Origin: an uncultured Chlamydiae bacterium
Lineage (GTDB): Bacteria; Chlamydiota; Chlamydiia; Chlamydiales; SM23-39
Direction: 5' to 3'
Assembly (NCBI GenBank): GCA_963730605.1
Contig: CAVSSM010000009.1
Span: forward strand, 128,001-192,000
Length of the DNA stretch: 64,000 bases
Shown: positions 28,948-36,742 of the stretch, in pieces
Layout: each line of letters starts with the position of its first letter
How positions within the stretch are numbered: the stretch's first letter is position 1
Translations under genes and position numbers: made by a program
Notes under the pieces: model-generated
Told to the model about the DNA's origin: nothing
The model's database searches: none
The model's input: only the letters and a program-made list of their open reading frames with translations

Positions 28948-29925
28948 ATGGCCCCCTCTATGGCTCTTTGGCGAGAGATCCAAAGAGAAAATTTTACCCG
29001 CATCCCCCCTCTTCTCGATTTTTTGGAGCTCTCAGAGATCCATCGAAAAAAGATCTTGTCCTCTCCCCATTTCCCTCTCAACCTTCCTCGTAGGTTGGCC
29101 GGCAAAATCGGCAAAAACACAATGGATGACCCGATCTTGCGTCAATTCGTCCCCCTCGTCGAAGAAACGGTTTGGGCGCCGGGATTTACTCCCGAGCCGC
29201 TTCAAGACAGCTCTTTTCGCAAATCCAAGAAGCTCCTCCAAAAATATAACGACCGAGTACTTCTCATCTCAACGAGCTCTTGCGCCATGAACTGCCGTTT
29301 CTGCTTCCGCCAAAATTTTCCTTATGAAAAGGAACAAAACGGCTTCGAAGAAGAACTTGCCCATCTCTCTAGGGACTCTTCTATTTCCGAGGTGATTCTC
29401 AGCGGGGGCGATCCCCTTAGCTTAAGCGATGCGGCGCTGTCCTCTCTCTTCCAAAAGCTGAGCGCCATTCCTCATTTAAAGAGGATCCGGTTCCATTCCC
29501 GCTTCCCGATCGGCATCCCTGAAAGGATCGATGCCTCTTTTCTCTCGATCCTCTCAAGCATGAGGAAGCAAATATTTTTCGTGATCCACTGCAACCATCC
29601 TCGAGAGCTTGACCCGGAAGTGATCGCCTCGCTCAAGCAAATCGCTTCCCTTGGGATTCCTCTCCTCAACCAGTCGGTTCTCCTCAAAGGGGTGAACGAC
29701 GACCCTAAAATCCTCATAGAGCTCTCAAGAACTCTGACGAATGCAGGCATCATCCCTTACTATCTCCATGAACTCGACCCAGTCGAAGGAACCTCCCATT
29801 TTGCCCTTCCGAAAGAAGTTGGGCCAGAGCTGATTCGCGCTGTCCGCGAGGGGATCTCAGGCTACGGGGTCCCCCGCCTCGTCAGGGAAGAGCCTGGCCA
29901 TCCCAGCAAAACCTTTATTGCTTGA
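28948..29925 (+). CDS. epmB: KamA-family radical SAM lysine 2,3-aminomutase (EpmB-like)
   Basis: CAMNCRFCFR, EVILSGGDPL, HCNHPRE, NQSVLLKGVND, PYYLH; ~325 aa. Confidence 0.8.
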   Translation: MAPSMALWREIQRENFTRIPPLLDFLELSEIHRKKILSSPHFPLNLPRRLAGKIGKNTMDDPILRQFVPLVEETVWAPGFTPEPLQDSSFRKSKKLLQKYNDRVLLISTSSCAMNCRFCFRQNFPYEKEQNGFEEELAHLSRDSSISEVILSGGDPLSLSDAALSSLFQKLSAIPHLKRIRFHSRFPIGIPERIDASFLSILSSMRKQIFFVIHCNHPRELDPEVIASLKQIASLGIPLLNQSVLLKGVNDDPKILIELSRTLTNAGIIPYYLHELDPVEGTSHFALPKEVGPELIRAVREGISGYGVPRLVREEPGHPSKTFIA

Positions 29926-29978
29926 AATTATTTAATTTTTCTTTTAGTATGGTATCATTCACACTTCTTGAGTTGTTT

Positions 29979-32600
29979 ATGAAGCGAATCATTTTAGTTT
30001 TCGTAGCATTGTTCTTTGCGGCTATGGCCTTCGCCGATGCCCAAGCTTTACAAGGGGCTCCGGCCGAGTCTTCAGTGGTGATTTCTTTGAAGCCAAGGCA
30101 GCCGAATTGGCGTACAGAAATCATGAAAACGGCTTCAAACGGAATCCCTGAATCGATCCTTTTATACGAACCGCTTCTCGAAGGGGGAGAGAAACCCGTC
30201 AAGCAGATCTTCTTTTATGAGACAGGCCGGATTCGAAGCGAGATGGATGTCGTCGTCGTCGATCCCGATTCTCCAGGAGCGAAGTCCTGGAATTCGCAAG
30301 TCGTCCCCCATGGAGCCAGAGTCGACTTAACCTCAGAAGGACAGATTCAGCATGCGGCGGAGTATCTCTATGGCCTTCTCAATGGGATAAGCAGGATGTT
30401 TTATCCTTCAGGGAAGACTTCCGCAACCATTCAATATGTCAACGGAATCCTCGATGGGGTGACTCGGACGTTTTTTGAAAACGGGCAACTTAAGGAAGAG
30501 GTTTTTTATCAAAATGGCCAGATCGATGGAGATCTGATCCGGTACTATGAGAATGGGGCTAAGGCTGAGCAAACACCTCACCGAGGGGGCAAGCTCCATG
30601 GGACTGCCCAGGAGTGGTATCCATCTGGAATATTGAAATTAGAGCGCCGCTACCAAAACGGCTTCCTTCATGGGGAGGGCAAGAACCCCGCCGTCATCGC
30701 CTATGACGAGCGTCGAAATATGACTGAAGTGGCCGATTTTCGGGAAGGTAGTCCGGTCGGCACCCATCTTCGCTATCATCCGAACGGAAAGGAGTCCTAT
30801 CGGGTTGCCTACAAAAACGGCAAGAAACATGGCCAGGAGCAGTTTTTCGATGAGAAGGGGCAGCTCCTTGGCGGAGGGCTTTTTTCCTTAGGCCGCCCCT
30901 TGGGGAAACACTCGAAAGAATATGAGGAAGGAAAGATCGCGTACATGGCCGAATTCGACATGCAAGGGAATCTCCTGCAACCCATTGAGGAGTACAATCA
31001 AGAAGGGCTTAAAATCCGCCAGTATTCGGTAGTCGATGGAAAATGGGATGGGCAAGTATTGGAGTGGAACTCAAATGGGTCGTTGAAGTCGGATTATTCT
31101 TATAAAGCTGGTGAATACGATGGCGAGCAGCAGGACTATTATCCGACAGGCCAACTGAAAATTCGCACTCATTACAAAGAGGGCAAACGAAATGGATTGC
31201 ACGAAGAATGGTTTGAAAACGGAGTTTTGCGCTTGCGCGCCTCCTTTGCCGATGGTTTGAAAGAGGGGCAAATGGGGGAATGGTACCCAAACGGCAACCG
31301 CAAGACCGATACCTATTTTCAAGCGGACCTTCCCGATGGCGTGCACTCTCAATGGCATGAGAATGGAGAAACGAAGCTCCGGGTTGAATTTGCGAAAGGG
31401 GTCAAACAAGGATGGCAGCGCGAGTGGAATGAGAAGGGAGTACTCCTATGCGAAGGGTTGGTCGACCAAGACCGCTTAGATGGCCTCGTCCTCACTTGGT
31501 GGGGAAAGGATCAGATCAAAAGCCGCATTCACTACAATCATGGAAAGAAGGATGGGAAAGAAGAATGGTTTTTCAAAAATGGAAAACCGGAGCGGCTCTT
31601 GACTTATTTGAACGATTCCTTGGATGGTCCGGTGAACCAGTGGTTTGCCGATGGGGCCGTGCAGCTTTCGCAATGCTTTGATAAGGGTAAGCCAATCGGC
31701 GAACATGTTCTTTATTATCCGAAAAAAGAGGGCTTTAAGGCTATCTTAGCCCATTTTTTCCACTACGATGAGAGCGGCCAGCTTCACGGAGACCAAAAGA
31801 CCTTTTTCCCCGACGGGAAAATTCAAACGGAGATGAGCTATGATCATGGGATGCTGCATGGCTTCAAGAAGGTTTGGGATGAAAAGGGTCATTTGATCGA
31901 AGAAGCTCATTTTGCGTTAGGAAAACTGGAAGGGCTCTTTTTCCAACGCGCGCCCGATGGCCGAGAAATCACAGCCGTCTACAAAGGCAATTTTAGGAAC
32001 GGCCCCCATGCAATCTATTTCCCGCCGAATGCAAAAGGCGAAAAAATCAAAGCGCTGACGGCCCAGTTTGAAAATGACCGTCTTGAGGGGATGCTCTCTG
32101 AATATAACGAACTGGGCGGAAAGATCGCCGAAACCCCCTATCTCAATGGAAAGAAGGATGGGCTTGCAAAAGTTTATTCTCCAGATGGGAAACTGGCGAT
32201 GACTATCGACTTTTCGGAAGATAAAAAGCACGGCGTTGAGACACGATATTTCCCGAGTGGCGCCGCTTTTAGGACCACTCCCTATGTCAACGATTTAAAA
32301 AATGGGGAAGAAAGAACCTATTTTGATCATGGGGCATTGGCCTCCCGTTTCCTCTACACGAACGATCAGTTGGATGGGCTCTCAGAGAGCTGGAATAGAC
32401 AAGGAGTTCTCGTCTTTGAAGCGGAATACCAAAATGGCGGACGCCATGGAAAGTTCAATAAGTATTACGATGACGGAAAGCCCTATATCGAACAAACCTT
32501 CGCTTTTGACGCTCCCATTGGCCAAAAAAGGAAATACGGCAAGGATGGAAAAGTCGCGGTTTCGAATGCAAATCCCGTCGAAATAAATGTAAGTCGTTAA
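29979..32600 (+). CDS. Exported MORN-variant (YwqK-like) repeat protein
   Basis: Signal peptide MKRIILVFVALFFAAMAFA; dozens of ~24-aa repeats of the type G.LHG...EWY.NG..K....Y..G. Confidence 0.85.
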   Translation: MKRIILVFVALFFAAMAFADAQALQGAPAESSVVISLKPRQPNWRTEIMKTASNGIPESILLYEPLLEGGEKPVKQIFFYETGRIRSEMDVVVVDPDSPGAKSWNSQVVPHGARVDLTSEGQIQHAAEYLYGLLNGISRMFYPSGKTSATIQYVNGILDGVTRTFFENGQLKEEVFYQNGQIDGDLIRYYENGAKAEQTPHRGGKLHGTAQEWYPSGILKLERRYQNGFLHGEGKNPAVIAYDERRNMTEVADFREGSPVGTHLRYHPNGKESYRVAYKNGKKHGQEQFFDEKGQLLGGGLFSLGRPLGKHSKEYEEGKIAYMAEFDMQGNLLQPIEEYNQEGLKIRQYSVVDGKWDGQVLEWNSNGSLKSDYSYKAGEYDGEQQDYYPTGQLKIRTHYKEGKRNGLHEEWFENGVLRLRASFADGLKEGQMGEWYPNGNRKTDTYFQADLPDGVHSQWHENGETKLRVEFAKGVKQGWQREWNEKGVLLCEGLVDQDRLDGLVLTWWGKDQIKSRIHYNHGKKDGKEEWFFKNGKPERLLTYLNDSLDGPVNQWFADGAVQLSQCFDKGKPIGEHVLYYPKKEGFKAILAHFFHYDESGQLHGDQKTFFPDGKIQTEMSYDHGMLHGFKKVWDEKGHLIEEAHFALGKLEGLFFQRAPDGREITAVYKGNFRNGPHAIYFPPNAKGEKIKALTAQFENDRLEGMLSEYNELGGKIAETPYLNGKKDGLAKVYSPDGKLAMTIDFSEDKKHGVETRYFPSGAAFRTTPYVNDLKNGEERTYFDHGALASRFLYTNDQLDGLSESWNRQGVLVFEAEYQNGGRHGKFNKYYDDGKPYIEQTFAFDAPIGQKRKYGKDGKVAVSNANPVEINVSR

Positions 32601-32714
32601 GTCGCTTCTGGTTATAAAAAAGCCTTCTCTTTTTTAAAGAAAGGCGTAAAGTGGAAGTAGCGATGTCGGGAATTTCTCGCTAACGTCGCTTTCCAAAAAA
32701 GGAGAATTTAAAAA

Positions 32715-32834
32715 ATGAACATGAAGCAACCTACAAAACCACAACAACCAGCGGCTCCGGCTAACAAGGCTCCTGGACAACAGCAAAAACCACCTGCTCA
32801 AGCGCCACAAAAAGCTCCCGCTGTTAAAAAGTAA
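32715..32834 (+). CDS. 39-aa Pro/Gln/Lys/Ala-rich peptide
   Basis: MNMKQPTKPQQPAAPANKAPGQQQKPPAQAPQKAPAVKK; AAGGAG RBS at 32699-32704; terminator immediately after the stop. Confidence 0.7.
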   Translation: MNMKQPTKPQQPAAPANKAPGQQQKPPAQAPQKAPAVKK

Positions 32835-32840
32835 CGATGT

Positions 32841-32875
32841 TACTCCCCGGTCTCTACCGACCGGGGAGTATTTTT
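32841..32875 (+). terminator. Intrinsic terminator
   Basis: TACTCCCCGGTC-TCTACC-GACCGGGGAGTA-TTTTT. Confidence 0.85.
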
Positions 32876-32966
32876 CAAATTTCTTTGATCTAAAATCCCA
32901 TTTTCCATACGCTTGCCACCTCTCAAGTCTCTGAGGGGCTTGAGAGCGAAAAAATAGGAGATCATT

Positions 32967-33386
32967 ATGACTGAAGGTGCCAATTTTTATAACGCTTGCA
33001 TACAGAATCAGGTTCAGCCCGGCTTTATCGCTGATAAGGTACAGCAAGCAGGATATGTCATCGATTGCGTAGGACGTGCTTTTGAAGGTGCTGGAAATTT
33101 ACTCACCCAATATGGGTTCTCTGGAGGAGCGTTATCTTTAATAGCGCTGAGCAGCGGCACTTTGTTGGAGCGGAAAGAACTCCACGCATTCCTAAGCATA
33201 GAACCAGGAAAGATCACCTCGGTTGCAATCGATCGATTGCAAGAAACAGGAAGTGCTCTAGGGGCAGGTCTCGGTCTTGCCGTAATTGGCAAGCCGGTAA
33301 CGTATGTAGGGAACTGGATGCAGAACCGTGAGACTCTCTGTAAAATAGGCGAGGGGTTCGCTTCCACTTCCAAAAATGAACTGTAA
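32967..33386 (+). CDS. Hypothetical protein with hydrophobic Gly/Ala-rich segments
   Basis: 139-aa ORF, AGGAG RBS, ATG start. Confidence 0.6.
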   Translation: MTEGANFYNACIQNQVQPGFIADKVQQAGYVIDCVGRAFEGAGNLLTQYGFSGGALSLIALSSGTLLERKELHAFLSIEPGKITSVAIDRLQETGSALGAGLGLAVIGKPVTYVGNWMQNRETLCKIGEGFASTSKNEL

Positions 33387-33456
33387 CCGAAAATAATTTC
33401 ACATGGTATAGGATAGGGAGTGGTAATCTCGACTTTGTACAAAGTCGAGGTAATGG

Positions 33457-34374
33457 ATGGCTGAAAAAATTGTCGTTGAAACTCCTTACACACAAGATCC
33501 TAATCGATACTGCAGGGAACTCGAGAAGGGAAATATCCTTTTTTTTCCTTCGATTCCCTTTTCTTTTCCGCGAGAGGAGATCGAGTTTCTCTTAAAACAA
33601 AAACAGGGCAGATCGAAAGGGCGGAAGAATATCGCTTACAAGCCGAAAGAGAACCTGCTTTCGAATCACGACGGCGATCCGGAGAGCGAAGAGCGTTTGA
33701 AGGAGATCTTGCGCCTCTTTTCAGAGCGGACGACGAAGGTTTTGACGGGGCTGCTTGGGCCCTATGCGAAAGAATGGAAGTTGGATTATGCGAGTTTCCG
33801 CCCTTTTCAAGAAAAGGGGAGGAACCTTCGTTTGAGAGCGAGAAACGACCTCCTTCATGTCGACGCTTTCCCGACCCGTCCTCTTCATGGAAACCGAATT
33901 TTGCGGTTTTTTATTAACATCAATCCTACGGAGAGCCGCGATTGGATGACAACCGAGCCGTTTGCCTCGCTTGCGGAAAAATTTGGCGGAGGCAAAGGGG
34001 TACCCTTCCCTAAATCTGTCGGATATTCCCCCTTTGAGCGGATCTTGAGAAAGTCGAAGCTCGCGCTTCAGTCAATGGGGGTGAAGACGCCTCTTCGTTC
34101 TCCTTATGACGCATTTATGCTCAAGCTGCATAACTTTTTGAAAGAAAATGCCGATTTTCAAAAGGATTGCAAAAAGGACCACTGGTCATTTCCTCCCCAC
34201 TCCTGCTGGGCTGTCTTTACCGACCAGGTGTCTCACGCGGCGCTTGCCGGTCAATATGCTTTAGAGCAAACATTTTTGATTCCGGTCTCTGCTTTGCTCT
34301 TCCCCGACCGATCTCCGCTTCGCGTTTTGGAGAGGCTCTCTGGCCGGAATATGGTTGACCCTGCATTTACTTGA
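33457..34374 (+). CDS. Kdo 3-hydroxylase (KdoO) family protein
   Basis: RKNIAY, SFRP, NDLLHVDAFPTRP.HG.RILRFF.NINP, RSPYD.FML.LH..LKEN, FTDQVSHAAL.GQYALEQTF. Confidence 0.8.
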   Translation: MAEKIVVETPYTQDPNRYCRELEKGNILFFPSIPFSFPREEIEFLLKQKQGRSKGRKNIAYKPKENLLSNHDGDPESEERLKEILRLFSERTTKVLTGLLGPYAKEWKLDYASFRPFQEKGRNLRLRARNDLLHVDAFPTRPLHGNRILRFFININPTESRDWMTTEPFASLAEKFGGGKGVPFPKSVGYSPFERILRKSKLALQSMGVKTPLRSPYDAFMLKLHNFLKENADFQKDCKKDHWSFPPHSCWAVFTDQVSHAALAGQYALEQTFLIPVSALLFPDRSPLRVLERLSGRNMVDPAFT

Positions 34375-35530
34375 ATATCCGGCGGGATGCGGGGCTGATC
34401 TTGAGTTCGGCACGGTATTTTGCGACGGTGCGCCTGGCTAGCGTCATCCCCTTGTTTTTCAGCTCGACGACGATTTCTCGGTCGCTGAAGGGTCTTGTCT
34501 TGTCTTCTTCTCGAATGAGTTTTTGGAGCGCCATTTTCGCCGGCCCGGATGTCGCGGCAATGAGGGAAGAGAGGGGAAGCAAGCCTAGCGGCGTGTTGGC
34601 ATATTTGCCGGCAAGCGCGCGTGAAAGGGTCGATTCGTGAAGATGGAGCCTCATCGACAGTTCCTTTGTCGAAAGTGGCTGCAGCTCCCCTTTTTGTTCG
34701 AGGAAGGCCGCTTGTTTGCGCACGAGAAATAGGCCGACTTCCAGGAGGATCGACTTGCGCCTTTTCAAGGACCTGAGAAGCCATTTGCCGGAAGAGGCCC
34801 ATCTGCGTAAGGTATCTTGCTCCTCCATGGATTTTGGAGAGAGCGACAAATAGTCAGCCCGAATATGGAATTTGGGTAATTCTTCATCGTTCGATTCGAT
34901 CAGCCAGACCTTCTCGTTCTTCGAAATCGTTAGGTCTGCGATGATAGGCGCACTGAGCTCATGCCTGAAGAGATCCGCAGGCCTACATTCTAGGCGCGCG
35001 AGCGTTTGGATTGCAAGCGCAAGGTCCCGGATCCCCGTTTTTTGCCGGATCGCCTTAAATCTTCCGTGAAGCAGGTCTTCGAAGCTTCTGTGTACGATCT
35101 TATAGGCGGGGCAGTGGCGCTCGAGTTGCGAGAGAAGACATTCCCTAAGGCCGCGGGCAAAGATTCCGGGAGGATCGAAGGTTTGAAGAAGGGTGAGAAG
35201 CGGGCCATCGGGAGTGGAGGCAGGAAGGAAACCTCGCTCATCTAAATTCTCTAAAAGATGGATCGCCTCCGATTGCTCTTCCGGGGTTGAAAATCGTTCG
35301 CGGATTTGATGCATCAAGTGATGATACAAGGTCTTCGGCGCTTCGATTTCGCCTTTTAAGGGAAGAGAGGGGGGTAGGGCATCAAGCTCAAGGAGTGGGT
35401 TTTTCTCGATTTCGCTCAAAAGCCAGCTGGCCAGCTCGAGCTGAGGCAGCTCTAAGAGGGAGAGAGCTTGGCCAAGAGAGAAGGTCATGGCGAGGCGGCC
35501 CTGGAGGTTTTGCTTGATGCTAGTCTTCAT
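34367..35530 (-). CDS. rpoN: RNA polymerase sigma-54 factor
   Basis: LHESTLSRA and RpoN box ARRTVAKYR; DPPGIFAR.LRECL. Confidence 0.93.
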   Translation of the reverse strand: MKTSIKQNLQGRLAMTFSLGQALSLLELPQLELASWLLSEIEKNPLLELDALPPSLPLKGEIEAPKTLYHHLMHQIRERFSTPEEQSEAIHLLENLDERGFLPASTPDGPLLTLLQTFDPPGIFARGLRECLLSQLERHCPAYKIVHRSFEDLLHGRFKAIRQKTGIRDLALAIQTLARLECRPADLFRHELSAPIIADLTISKNEKVWLIESNDEELPKFHIRADYLSLSPKSMEEQDTLRRWASSGKWLLRSLKRRKSILLEVGLFLVRKQAAFLEQKGELQPLSTKELSMRLHLHESTLSRALAGKYANTPLGLLPLSSLIAATSGPAKMALQKLIREEDKTRPFSDREIVVELKNKGMTLARRTVAKYRAELKISPASRRIFK

Positions 35531-35600
35531 AAACCGACCCATATCATAGCTCTCATAAGGACAAAAGAGTCTTGCGTTAAAGTGTTTTGATTATTTAGGT

Positions 35601-35786
35601 TATACCCAAACATCTTCAAAAGTTGGTTTCTGCCTTCGTCTGGCAGCCACTGCCTTTGAGCCCGCCTGCACCCCACCCCAAAGACGATGCGTTTTTGGGG
35701 ACCCCGGACCCGGCGCCGGCAAAGCCTGGCTCAAATTCAGGGCGCAGCCTCGGCATATTCCCAACTTTTGAAGTCATTTGGGTATA
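35601..35786. mobile_element. MITE, TA-flanked (TATACCCAAA ends)
   Basis: TIR TATACCCAAACATCTTCAAAAGTTGG / CCAACTTTTGAAGTCATTTGGGTATA; interior shared with 54480-54770. Confidence 0.85.
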
Positions 35787-35791
35787 GAAGC

Positions 35792-36742
35792 ATGCGAACG
35801 AAAGCCGGAGTTTTTTGCCATAATGGGCTCGGAGACGGGGTCAACTGCCTCGTTTTATCGAACAACCTACAGCTCAACGGATGGCAAGTGGATACCTTCC
35901 AGAATACGATCGGGTCTATGCAAGAATGGTTTCCCCATTTGAAGGTCCAATCATATCCGGCTCTTTCAGAGCTGCCGAAAATTCTCACGTCCTATGAATG
36001 GTTCTTCATTGTTCAAAATGATACGGATGAGTTCGTTTTGAAGCTGACCCAAGAGGGGAAAAGAAGATTTCCGGAACGGTTGAAAGTGATCTATCTCTAC
36101 CCCTCTAAGCATATCGTAAATGAGCCCTATTACTCCGATTGTTTGACCCAGCCTCACCAAACGATCGCTGAAAACTTACGCCTTTTTTGCGAAAGGATCC
36201 TTCACCTTCCGAAAATCAGTCGAAGCAACGGATTCATACCGCCTCCTGGTCTGACGCATCGGAAATTCCCGAAGAGGGTCGTCATCCATCCGACGAGCGC
36301 CCGCGTGACAAGAAATTGGCCGAAGGAAAAGTTTGTCCAACTCGCTCTGCATTTGAAGGACGAAGGGTATCAGTTGGTTTTCGTCCCGGGAGGAGCCAAA
36401 GAAAGGGAAGAATGGAGAGACGTGTTCGATCTAGGGTTCGAGGTTCTTGGCTTTCCCAATTTAGATCTTTTGGCCCGGTTCATCTATGAATCGGGGTATC
36501 TGATCGGCAACGATTCGGGCCTTGGACATTTGGCTTCAGCATTAGGAGTTCCGACCCTCACTTTTTGCCGAAGAAAAACGTGGGCCAATATGTGGGCGCC
36601 GAGTTTCTCAAAAGGGATTGTCGTAACCCCAAGTTCCATCATCCCGAATATCCGGGGGCTCAGGCTTCGGGACCGGCATTGGAAAACATTCATCACCTTA
36701 GGAATGGCCAGGCGCGCATTCGAAAGATTAGTCCAGACTTAG
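35792..36742 (+). CDS. Glycosyltransferase family 9 (heptosyltransferase-like)
   Basis: GLGDG, VIHPTS...RNWP.EKF, IGNDSGLGHLASALGVPT; true start MRTKAG at 35792. Confidence 0.85.
   Translation: MRTKAGVFCHNGLGDGVNCLVLSNNLQLNGWQVDTFQNTIGSMQEWFPHLKVQSYPALSELPKILTSYEWFFIVQNDTDEFVLKLTQEGKRRFPERLKVIYLYPSKHIVNEPYYSDCLTQPHQTIAENLRLFCERILHLPKISRSNGFIPPPGLTHRKFPKRVVIHPTSARVTRNWPKEKFVQLALHLKDEGYQLVFVPGGAKEREEWRDVFDLGFEVLGFPNLDLLARFIYESGYLIGNDSGLGHLASALGVPTLTFCRRKTWANMWAPSFSKGIVVTPSSIIPNIRGLRLRDRHWKTFITLGMARRAFERLVQT

Noticed and set aside
29979..32600. Toxin-antitoxin system suggested by YwqK-like repeats
   Set aside because: No adjacent toxin gene; the protein is large and exported
35687..35791. N-terminal extension of the GT9 ORF
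   Set aside because: Derives from read-through of the MITE; the family-like sequence starts at ATG 35792
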